A stretch of DNA of 64,000 nt, from the NCBI GenBank assembly GCA_964016885.1, contig OZ024740.1, positions 422,220,001 to 422,284,000 of the forward strand, given 5' to 3'. Numbering within the stretch: the first letter of the stretch is position 1; every line of letters begins with the position of its first letter. This document shows, piece by piece, positions 1 to 11,104 of the stretch. Both the position numbers and the translations under genes were made by a program. The notes beneath the pieces are model-generated. The model saw nothing but the letters and a program-made list of their open reading frames with translations, had not been told where the DNA came from and made no database searches. This DNA comes from Eledone cirrhosa. Lineage: Eukaryota.

Positions 1-3000
1 CTAAGGTAGCAGGTTTCTAGTTCAGTGTAATTTTGTAAGAGTTACTGCTTCAATATCTGCCCTAAAGTAGCAGGTTTCTACTTCAGAGTTGTTTTGTAAG
101 AATTACTGTCTCAATATCTGCCCTAAGGTAGCAGGTTTCTAGTTCAGTGTGGTTTTGTAAGAGTTACTGTCTCAATATCTGCCCTGAGACAGCAGGTTTC
201 TAGTTCAGTGTTGTTTTATGAGAGTTACTGCCTCAATATCTGCCCTAAGGTAGCAGGTTTCTAGTTCAGTGTTGTTTTGTAACAGTTACTGTCTCAATAT
301 CTGCCCTAAGACAGCAGGTTTCTAGTTCAGTGTTTTTTTTTGAGACTTACTGTCCCAATATCTGCCCTAAGGTAGCAGGTTTCTCGTTCAGTGTTGTTAT
401 GTAAGAGTTACTGCATCAATATCTGCCCTAAGGTAGCAGGTTTCTAGTTCAGTGTAATTTTGTAACAGTTACTGCCTCAATATCTGCCCTAAGGTAGAAG
501 GTTTCTAGTTCAATGTAATTTTGTAAGAGTTACTGCCTCAATATCTGCCCTAAGGTAGCAGGTTTCTAGTTCAGTGTAATTTTGTAAGAGTTACTGTCTC
601 AATATCTGCCCTAAGGTAGCAGGTTTCTAGTTCAGTGTTGTTTTGTAAGAGTTACTGACCCATTATCTGCCCTAAGGTAGCAGGTTTCTAGTTCAGTGTA
701 GTTTTGTAAGAGTTACTGTCTCAATATCTGCCCTAAGGTAGCAGGTTTCTAGTTCAGTGTAATTTTGTAAGAGTTACTGCTTCAATATCTGCCCTAAAGT
801 AGCAGGTTTCTACTTCAGAGTTGTTTTGTAAGAATTACTGTCTCAATATCTGCCCTAAGGTAGCAGGTTTCTAGTTCAGTGTGGTTTTGTAAGAGTTGCT
901 GTCTCAATATCTGCCCTGAGACAGCAGGTTTCCAGTTCAGTGTTGTTTTATGAGAGTTACTGCCTCAATATCTGCCCTAAGGAAGAAGGTTTCTAGTTCA
1001 GTGTTGTTATGTAAGAGTTACTGCATCAATATCTGCCCTAACGTAGCAGGTTTCTACTTCAGTGTTGTTTTGTAAGAGTTACTGCCTCAATGTCTGCCCT
1101 AAGGTAGCAGGTTTCTAGTTCAGTGTAATTTTGTAAGAGTTACTATCTCAATATCTGCCCTAAGGTAGCAGGTTTCTAGTTCAGTGTAATTTTGTAAGAG
1201 TTACTGCCTCAATATCTGCCCTAAGGTAGCAGGTTTCTACTTCAGTGTTGTTTTGTAAGAGTTACTGCATCAATATCTGCCCTAAGACAGCAGGTTTCTA
1301 GTTCAGTGTTGTTTTATGAGAGTTACTGTCCCAATATCTGCCCTAAGGTAGCAGGTTTCTAGTTCAGTGTTGTTTTGTAACAGTTACTGTCTCAATATCT
1401 GCCCTAAGACAGCAGGTTTCTAGTTCAGTGTTGTTTTTTGAGACTTACTGTCCCAATATCTGCCCTAAGGTAGCAGGTTTCTCGTTCAGTGTTGTTATGT
1501 AAGAGTTACTGCATCAATATCTGCCCTAAGGTAGCAGGTTTCTAGTTCAGTGTAATTTTGTAACAGTTACTGCCTCAATATCTGCCCTAAGGTAGAAGGT
1601 TTCTAGTTCAATGTAATTTTGTAAGAGTTACTGCCTCAATATCTGCCCTAAGGTAGCAGGTTTCTAGTTCAGTGTTGTTTTGTAAGAGTTACTGACCCAT
1701 TATCTGCCCTAAGGTAGCAGGTTTCTAGTTCAGTGTAGTTTTGTAAGAGTTACTGTCTCAATATCTGCCCTAAGGTAGCAGGTTTCTAGTTCAGTGTAAT
1801 TTTGTAAGAGTTACTGCTTCAATATCTGCCCTAAAGTAGCAGGTTTCTACTTCAGAGTTGTTTTGTAAGAATTACTGTCTCAATATCTGCCCCAAGGTAG
1901 CAGGTTTCTAGTTCAGTGTGGTTTTGTAAGAGTTACTGCCTCAATATCTGCCCTAAGGTAGCAGGTTTCTAGTTCAGTGTTGTTTTGTAAGAGTTACTGA
2001 CTCATTATCTGCCCTAAGGTAGCAGGTTTCTAGTTCAGTGTAGTTTTGTAAGAGTTACTGTCTCAATATCTGCCCTAAGGTAGCAGGTTTCTAGTTCAGT
2101 GTAATTTTGTAAGAGTTACTGCTTCAATATCTGCCCTAAAGTAGCAGGTTTCTACTTCAGAGTTGTTTTGTAAGAATTACTGTCTCAATATCTGCCCTAA
2201 GGTAGCAGGTTTCTAGTTCAGTGTGGTTTTGTAAGAGTTACTGTCTCAATATCTGCCCTGAGACAGAAGGTTTCTAGTTCAGTGTTGTTTTATGAGAGTT
2301 ACTGCCTCAATATCTGCCCTAAGGTAGCAGGTTTCTAGTTCAGTGTTGTTTTGTAACAGTTACTGTCTCAATATCTGCCCTAAGACAGCAGGTTTCTAGT
2401 TCAGTGTTGTTTTTTGAGACTTACTGTCCCAATATCTGCCCTAAGGTAGCAGGTTTCTCGTTCAGTGTTGTTATGTAAGAGTTACTGCATCAATATCTGC
2501 CCTAAGGTAGCAGGTTTCTAGTTCAGTGTAATTTTGTAACAGTTACTGACTCAATATCTGCCCTAATGTAGAAGGTTTCTAGTTCAATGTAATTTTGTAA
2601 GAGTTACTGCCTCAATATCTGCCCTAAGGTAGCAGGTTTCTAGTTCAGTGTAATTTTGTAAGAGTTACTGTCTCAATATCTGCCCTAAGGTAGCAGGTTT
2701 CTAGTTCAGTGTTGTTTTGTAAGAGTTACTGACTCATTATCTGCCCTAAGGTAGCAGGTTTCTAGTTCAGTGTAGTTTTGTAAGAGTTACTGTCTCAATA
2801 TCTGCCCTAAGGTAGCAGGTTTCTAGTTCAGTGTAATTTTGTAAGAGTTACTGCTTCAATATCTGCCCTAAAGTAGCAGGTTTCTACTTCAGAGTTGTTT
2901 TGTAAGAATTACTGTCTCAATATCTGCCCTAAGGTAGCAGGTTTCTAGTTCAGTGTGGTTTTGTAAGAGTTACTGTCTCAATATCTGCCCTGAGACAGCA

Positions 3001-5810
3001 GGTTTCTAGTTCAGTGTTGTTTTATGAGAGTTACTGCCTCAATATCTGCCCTAAGGTAGCAGGTTTCTAGTTCAGTGTTGTTTTGTAACAGTTACTGTCT
3101 CAATATCTGCCCTAAGACAGCAGGTTTCTAGTTCAGTGTTTTTTTTTGAGACTTACTGTCCCAATATCTGCCCTAAGGTAGCAGGTTTCTCGTTCAGTGT
3201 TGTTATGTAAGAGTTACTGCATCAATATCTGCCCTAAGGTAGCAGGTTTCTAGTTCAGTGTAATTTTGTAACAGTTACTGCCTCAATATCTGCCCTAAGG
3301 TAGAAGGTTTCTAGTTCAATGTAATTTTGTAAGAGTTACTGCCTCAATATCTGCCCTAAGGTAGCAGGTTTCTAGTTCAGTGTAATTTTGTAAGAGTTAC
3401 TGTCTCAATATCTGCCCTAAGGTAGCAGGTTTCTAGTTCAGTGTTGTTTTGTAAGAGTTACTGACCCATTATCTGCCCTAAGGTAGCAGGTTTCTAGTTC
3501 AGTGTAGTTTTGTAAGAGTTACTGTCTCAATATCTGCCCTAAGGTAGCAGGTTTCTAGTTCAGTGTAATTTTGTAAGAGTTACTGCTTCAATATCTGCCC
3601 TAAAGTAGCAGGTTTCTACTTCAGAGTTGTTTTGTAAGAATTACTGTCTCAATATCTGCCCTAAGGTAGCAGGTTTCTAGTTCAGTGTGGTTTTGTAAGA
3701 GTTGCTGTCTCAATATCTGCCCTGAGACAGCAGGTTTCCAGTTCAGTGTTGTTTTATGAGAGTTACTGCCTCAATATCTGCCCTAAGGAAGAAGGTTTCT
3801 AGTTCAGTGTTGTTATGTAAGAGTTACTGCATCAATATCTGCCCTAACGTAGCAGGTTTCTACTTCAGTGTTGTTTTGTAAGAGTTACTGCCTCAATGTC
3901 TGCCCTAAGGTAGCAGGTTTCTAGTTCAGTGTAATTTTGTAAGAGTTACTATCTCAATATCTGCCCTAAGGTAGCAGGTTTCTAGTTCAGTGTAATTTTG
4001 TAAGAGTTACTGCCTCAATATCTGCCCTAAGGTAGCAGGTTTCTACTTCAGTGTTGTTTTGTAAGAGTTACTGCATCAATATCTGCCCTAAGACAGCAGG
4101 TTTCTAGTTCAGTGTTGTTTTATGAGAGTTACTGTCCCAATATCTGCCCTAAGGTAGCAGGTTTCTAGTTCAGTGTTGTTTTGTAACAGTTACTGTCTCA
4201 ATATCTGCCCTAAGACAGCAGGTTTCTAGTTCAGTGTTGTTTTTTGAGACTTACTGTCCCAATATCTGCCCTAAGGTAGCAGGTTTCTCGTTCAGTGTTG
4301 TTATGTAAGAGTTACTGCATCAATATCTGCCCTAAGGTAGCAGGTTTCTAGTTCAGTGTAATTTTGTAACAGTTACTGCCTCAATATCTGCCCTAAGGTA
4401 GAAGGTTTCTAGTTCAATGTAATTTTGTAAGAGTTACTGCCTCAATATCTGCCCTAAGGTAGCAGGTTTCTAGTTCAGTGTTGTTTTGTAAGAGTTACTG
4501 ACCCATTATCTGCCCTAAGGTAGCAGGTTTCTAGTTCAGTGTAGTTTTGTAAGAGTTACTGTCTCAATATCTGCCCTAAGGTAGCAGGTTTCTAGTTCAG
4601 TGTAATTTTGTAAGAGTTACTGCTTCAATATCTGCCCTAAAGTAGCAGGTTTCTACTTCAGAGTTGTTTTGTAAGAATTACTGGCTCAATATCTGCCCCA
4701 AGGTAGCAGGTTTCTAGTTCAGTGTGGTTTTGTAAGAGTTACTGCCTCAATATCTGCCCTAAGGTAGCAGGTTTCTAGTTCAGTGTTGTTTTGTAAGAGT
4801 TACTGACTCATTATCTGCCCTAAGGTAGCAGGTTTCTAGTTCAGTGTAGTTTTGTAAGAGTTACTGTCTCAATATCTGCCCTAAGGTAGCAGGTTTCTAG
4901 TTCAGTGTAATTTTGTAAGAGTTACTGCTTCAATATCTGCCCTAAAGTAGCAGGTTTCTACTTCAGAGTTGTTTTGTAAGAATTACTGTCTCAATATCTG
5001 CCCTAAGGTAGCAGGTTTCTAGTTCAGTGTGGTTTTGTAAGAGTTACTGTCTCAATATCTGCCCTGAGACAGAAGGTTTCTAGTTCAGTGTTGTTTTATG
5101 AGAGTTACTGCCTCAATATCTGCCCTAAGGTAGCAGGTTTCTAGTTCAGTGTTGTTTTGTAACAGTTACTGTCTCAATATCTGCCCTAAGACAGCAGGTT
5201 TCTAGTTCAGTGTTGTTTTTTGAGACTTACTGTCCCAATATCTGCCCTAAGGTAGCAGGTTTCTCGTTCAGTGTTGTTATGTAAGAGTTACTGCATCAAT
5301 ATCTGCCCTAAGGTAGCAGGTTTCTAGTTCAGTGTAATTTTGTAACAGTTACTGACTCAATATCTGCCCTAATCTAGAAGGTTTCTAGTTCAATGTAATT
5401 TTGTAAGAGTTACTGCCTCAATATCTGCCCTAAGGTAGCAGGTTTCTAGTTCAGTGTAATTTTGTAAGAGTTACTGTCTCAATATCTGCCCTAAGGTAGC
5501 AGGTTTCTAGTTCAGTGTTGTTTTGTAAGAGTTACTGACTCATTATCTGCCCTAAGGTAGCAGGTTTCTAGTTCAGTGTAGTTTTGTAAGAGTTACTGTC
5601 TCAATATCTGCCCTAAGGTAGCAGGTTTCTAGTTCAGTGTAATTTTGTAAGAGTTACTGCTTCAATATCTGCCCTAAAGTAGCAGGTTTCTACTTCAGAG
5701 TTGTTTTGTAAGAATTACTGTCTCAATATCTGCCCTAAGGTAGCAGGTTTCTAGTTCAGTGTGGTTTTGTAAGAGTTACTGTCTCAATATCTGCCCTGAG
5801 ACAGCAGGTT
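1..5810. repeat. 46-monomer (2806-bp) higher-order repeat, about two tandem copies, built from 12+17+5+12 monomer sub-blocks
   Basis: Private variants recur exactly 2806 bp apart: TG+T-run before GAGAC at 331/3137, GTTGCT at 895/3701, CCCAAGG at 1891/4697. The marker monomer CTAAAGTAG..CAGAGTTG..AAGAATTAC lies at 62, 794, 1831, 2136, 2868 (spacings of 12, 17, 5, 12 monomers). Confidence 0.9.
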
Positions 5811-7747
5811 TCCAGTTCAGTGTTGTTTTATGAGAGTTACTGCCTCAATATCTGCCCTAAGGAAGAAGGTTTCTAGTTCAGTGTTGTTATGTAAGAGTTA
5901 CTGCATCAATATCTGCCCTAACGTAGCAGGTTTCTACTTCAGTGTTGTTTTGTAAGAGTTACTGCCTCAATGTCTGCCCTAAGGTAGCAGGTTTCTAGTT
6001 CAGTGTAATTTTGTAAGAGTTACTATCTCAATATCTGCCCTAAGGTAGCAGGTTTCTAGTTCAGTGTTATTTTGTAAGAGTTACTGACTCATTATCTGCC
6101 CTAAGGTAGCAGGTTTCTAGTTTAGTGTTGTTATGTAAGAGTTACTATCTCAATACCTGCCCTAAGGTGGAAGGTTTCTAGTTCAGTGTAATTTTGTAAG
6201 AGTTACTGCCTCAATATCTGCCCTAAGGTAGCAGGTTTCTAGTTCAGTGTTGTTTTGTAAGAGTTACTGACTCATTATCTGCCCTAAGGTAGCAGGTTTC
6301 TAGTTCAGTGTAGTTTTGTAAGAGTTACTGTCTCAATATCTGCCCTAAGGTAGCAGGTTTCTAGTTCAGTGTAATTTTGTAAGAGTTACTGCTTCAATAT
6401 CTGCCCTAAAGTAGCAGGTTTCTACTTCAGAGTTGTTTTGTAAGAATTACTGTCTCAATATCTGCCCTAAGGTAGCAGGTTTCTAGTTCAGTGTGGTTTT
6501 GTAAGAGTTACTGTCTCAATATCTGCCCTGAGACAGCAGGTTTCTAGTTCAGTGTTGTTTTATGAGAGTTACTGCCTCAATATCTGCCCTAAGGTAGCAG
6601 GTTTCTAGTTCAGTGTTGTTTTGTAACAGTTACTGTCTCAATATCTGCCCTAAGACAGCAGGTTTCTAGTTCAGTGTTTTTTTTTGAGACTTACTGTCCC
6701 AATATCTGCCCTAAGGTAGCAGGTTTCTCGTTCAGTGTTGTTATGTAAGAGTTACTGCATCAATATCACCCCTAAGGTAGCAGGTTTCTAGTTCAGTGTA
6801 ATTTTGTAACAGTTACTGCCTCAATATCTGCCCTAAGGTAGAAGGTTTCTAGTTCAATGTAATTTTGTAAGAGTTACTGCCTCAATATCTGCCCTAAGGT
6901 AGCAGGTTTCTAGTTCAGTGTAATTTTGTAAGAGTTACTGACTCAATATCTGCCCTAAGGTAGCAGGTTTCTAGTTCAGTGTTGTTTTGTAAGAGTTACT
7001 GACCCATTATCTGCCCTAAGGTAGCAGGTTTCTAGTTCAGTGTAGTTTTGTAAGAGTTACTGTCTCAATATCTGCCCTAAGGTAGCAGGTTTCTAGTTCA
7101 GTGTAATTTTGTAAGAGTTACTGCTTCAATATCTGCCCTAAAGTAGCAGGTTTCTACTTCAGAGTTGTTTTGTAAGAATTACTGTCTCAATATCTGCCCT
7201 AAGGTAGCAGGTTTCTAGTTCAGTGTGGTTTTGTAAGAGTTACTGTCTCAATATCTGCCCTGAGACAGCAGGTTTCCAGTTCAGTGTTGTTTTATGAGAG
7301 TTACTGCCTCAATATCTGCCCTAAGGAAGAAGGTTTCTAGTTCAGTGTTGTTATGTAAGAGTTACTGCATCAATATCTGCCCTAACGTAGCAGGTTTCTA
7401 CTTCAGTGTTGTTTTGTAAGAGTTACTGCCTCAATGTCTGCCCTAAGGTAGCAGGTTTCTAGTTCAGTGTAATTTTGTAAGAGTTACTATCTCAATATCT
7501 GCCCTAAGGTAGCAGGTTTCTAGTTCAGTGTAATTTTGTAAGAGTTACTGCCTCAATATCTGCCCTAAGGTAGCAGGTTTCTACTTCAGTGTTGTTTTGT
7601 AAGAGTTACTGCATCAATATCTGCCCTAAGACAGCAGGTTTCTAGTTCAGTGTTGTTTTATGAGAGTTACTGTCTCAATCTCTGCCCTAAGGTAGCAGGT
7701 TTCGCGTTCAGTGTAATTTTGTAAGAGTTACTGCATCAATATCTGCA

Positions 7748-10700
7748 CTAAGGTAGCAGGTTTCTAGTTCAGTGTAATTTTGTAAGAGTTACTGCCTCAA
7801 TATCTGCCCTAACGTAGCAGTTTTCTAGTTCAGTGTTGTTTTGTAAGAGTTACTGCCTCAATATCTGCCCTAACGTAGCAGGTTTCTAGTTCAGTGTTGT
7901 TTTGTAAGAGTTACTGCCTCAATATTTGCCATAAGGTAGCAGGTTTCTAGTTCACTGTTGTTTTGTAAGAGTTATTGTCCCAATATCTGCCCTAAGACAG
8001 CAGGTTTCTAGTTCAGTGTTGTTATGTAAGAGTTATTGCATCAATATCTGCCCTAACGTAGCAGGTTTCTACTTCAGTGTTGTTTTGTAAGAGTTATTGT
8101 CTCAATATCTGCCCTAAGGCAGCAGGTTTCTAGTTCAGTGTTGTTATGTAAGAGTTACTGCATCAATATCTGCCCTAAGGTAGCAGGTTTCTAGTTCACT
8201 GTAATTTTGTAAGAGTTACTGCCTCAATATCTGCCCTAAGGTAGCAGGTTTCTAGTTCAGTGTGGTTTTGTAAGAGTTACTGTCTCAATATTTGCCATAA
8301 TGTAGCAGGTTTCTAGTTCAGTGTTGTTTTGTAAGTGTTACTGCCTCAATATCTGCCCTAATGTAGCAGGTTTCTAGTTCAGTGTTGTTTTGTAAGAGTT
8401 ACTGCCTCAATATCTGCCCTAACGTAGCAGGTTTCTAGTTCAGTGTTGTTTTGTTATAGTTACTACCTCAATATCTGCCCTAAGGTAGCAGGTTTCTAGT
8501 CAGTGTTGCTTTGTAAGAGATACTGCCTCAATATCTGCCCTAAGGTAGCAGGTTTCTAGTTCAGTGTGGTTTTGTAAGAGTTACTGTCTCAATATTTGCC
8601 ATAATGTAGCAGGTTTCTAGTTCAGTGTTGTTTTGTAAGTGTTACTGCCTCAATATCTGCCCTAATGTAGCAGGTTTCTAGTTCAGTGTTGTTTTGTAAG
8701 AGTTACTGCCTCAATATCTGCCCTAACGTAGCAGGTTTCTAGTTCAGTGTTGTTTTGTTATAGTTACTGCCTCAATATCTGCCCTAAGGTAGCAGGTTTC
8801 TAGTTCAGTGTTGCTTTGTAAGAGTTACTGCCTCAATATCTGCCCTAAGGTAGCAGGTTTCGTGTTCAGTGTTGTTTTGTAAGAGTTACTGCCTCATTAT
8901 CTGCCCTAAGGTAGCAGGTTTCTAGTTCAGTGTTGATTTGTAAGAGTTACTGCCTCAATATCTGCCCTACGGTATCAGGTTTCTACTTCAGTGTTGTTTT
9001 GTAAGAGTTACTGTCCCAATATCTGCCCGAAGGTAGCAGGTTTCTAGTTTAGTGTAATTTTGTAAGAGTTACTGCATCAATATCTGCCCTAAGACAGCAG
9101 GTTTCTATTTCACTGTAATTTTGTAAGAGTTACTGTCTCGATATCTGCCCTAAGGTAGCAGGTTTCTAGTTCAGTGTAATTTTGTAAGAGTTACTGCCTC
9201 AATATCTGCCCTAAGGTAGCAGGTTTCTAGTTCAGTGTTATTTTGTAAGAGTTACTGACTCATTATCTGCCCTAAGGTAGCAGGTTTCTAGTTTAGTGTT
9301 GTTATGTAAGAGTTACTATCTCAATACCTGCCCTAAGGTGGAAGGTTTCTAGTTCAGTGTAATTTTGTAAGAGTTACTGCCTCAATATCTGCCCTAAGGT
9401 AGCAGGTTTCTAGTTCAGTGTAATTTTGTAAGAGTTACTGCCTCAATATCTGCCCTAACGTAGCAGTTTTCTAGTTCAGTGTTGTTTTGTAAGAGTTACT
9501 GCCTCAATATCTGCCCTAACGTTGCAGGTTTCTAGTTCAGTGTTGTTTTGTAAGAGTTACTGCCTCAATATTTGCCATAAGGTAGCAGGTTTCTAGTTCA
9601 CTGTTGTTTTGTAAGAGTTATTGTCCCAATATCTGCCCTAAGACAGCAGGTTTCTAGTTCAGTGTTGTTATGTAAGAGTTATTGCATCAATATCTGCCAT
9701 AACGTAGCAGGTTTCTACTTCAGTGTTGTTTTGTAAGAGTTATCGTCTCAATATCTGCCGTAAGGCAGCAGGTTTCTAGTTCAGTGTTGTTATGTAAGAG
9801 TTACTGCATCAATATCTGCCCTAAGGTAGCAGGTTTCTAGTTCACTGTAATTTTGTAAGAGTTACTGCCTCAATATCTGCCCTAAGGTAGCAGGTTTCTA
9901 GTTCAGTGTGGTTTTGTAAGAGTTACTGTCTCAATATTTGCCATAATGTAGCAGGTTTCTAGTTCAGTGTTGTTTTGTAAGTGTTACTGCCTCAATATCT
10001 GCCCTAATGTAGCAGGTTTCTAGTTCAGTGTTGTTTTGTAAGAGTTACTGCCTCAATATCTGCCCTAACGTAGCAGGTTTCTAGTTCAGTGTTGTTTTGT
10101 TATAGTTACTGCCTCAATATCTGCCCTAAGGTAGCAGGTTTCTAGTCAGTGTTGCTTTGTAAGAGTTACTGCCTCAATATCTGCCCTAAGGTAGCAGGTT
10201 TCTAGTTCAGTGTGGTTTTGTAAGAGTTACTGTCTCAATATTTGCCATAATGTAGCAGGTTTCTAGTTCAGTGTTGTTTTGTAAGTGTTACTGCCTCAAT
10301 ATCTGCCCTAATGTAGCAGGTTTCTAGTTCAGTGTTGTTTTGTAAGAGTTACTGCCTCAATATCTGCCCTAACGTAGCAGGTTTCTAGTTCAGTGTTGTT
10401 TTGTTATAGTTACTGCCTCAATATCTGCCCTAAGGTAGCAGGTTTCTAGTTCAGTGTTGCTTTGTAAGAGTTACTGCCTCAATATCTGCCCTAAGGTAGC
10501 AGGTTTCGTGTTCAGTGTTGTTTTGTAAGAGTTACTGCCTCATTATCTGCCCTAAGGTAGCAGGTTTCTAGTTCAGTGTTGATTTGTAAGAGTTACTGCC
10601 TCAATATCTGCCCTACGGTATCAGGTTTCTACTTCAGTGTTGTTTTGTAAGAGTTACTGTCCCAATATCTGCCCGAAGGTAGCAGGTTTCTAGTTTAGTG

Positions 10701-11104
10701 TAATTTTGTAAGAGTTACTGCATCAATATCTGCCCTAAGACAGCAGGTTTCTATTTCACTGTAATTTTGTAAGAGTTACTGTCTCGATATCTGCCCTAAG
10801 GTAGCAGGTTTCTAGTTCAGTGTAATTTTGTAAGAGTTACTGCCTCAATATCTGCCCTAAGGTAGCAGGTTTCTAGTTCAGTGTTATTTTGTAAGAGTTA
10901 CTGACTCATTATCTGCCCTAAGGTAGCAGGTTTCTAGTTTAGTGTTGTTATGTAAGAGTTACTATCTCAATACCTGCCCTAAGGTGGAAGGTTTCTAGTT
11001 CAGTGTAATTTTGTAAGAGTTACTGCCTCAATATCTGCCCTAAGGTAGCAGGTTTCTAGTTCAGTGTAATTTTGTAAGAGTTACTGCCTCAATATCTGCC
11101 CTAA
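7748..11104. repeat. 27-monomer (1646-bp) tandem duplication within satellite A
   Basis: GCAGTTTTCT variant at 7821/9467 and CCTACGGTATCAGG variant at 8971/10617. The period 1646 = 27x61-1 matches one 60-bp CTAGTCAG deletion monomer per copy. Confidence 0.88.

Noticed and set aside
1-122. Hammerhead ribozyme in satellite A (minus strand CTGAACTAGAAAC followed by a CTGC/GCAG stem)
   Set aside because: The core needs CUGANGA-stem II-GAAA. Here the conserved GA and stem II are missing, the 15.2-16.2 pair is a C-A mismatch, and I find no stem I. An Infernal/Rfam scan would settle it.
1-183. Nucleosome-length trimer (3x61 = 183 bp)
   Set aside because: No three-monomer periodicity of variants is visible. 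The observed periods are 5, 12, 17, 27, 44, 46 and 54 monomers.
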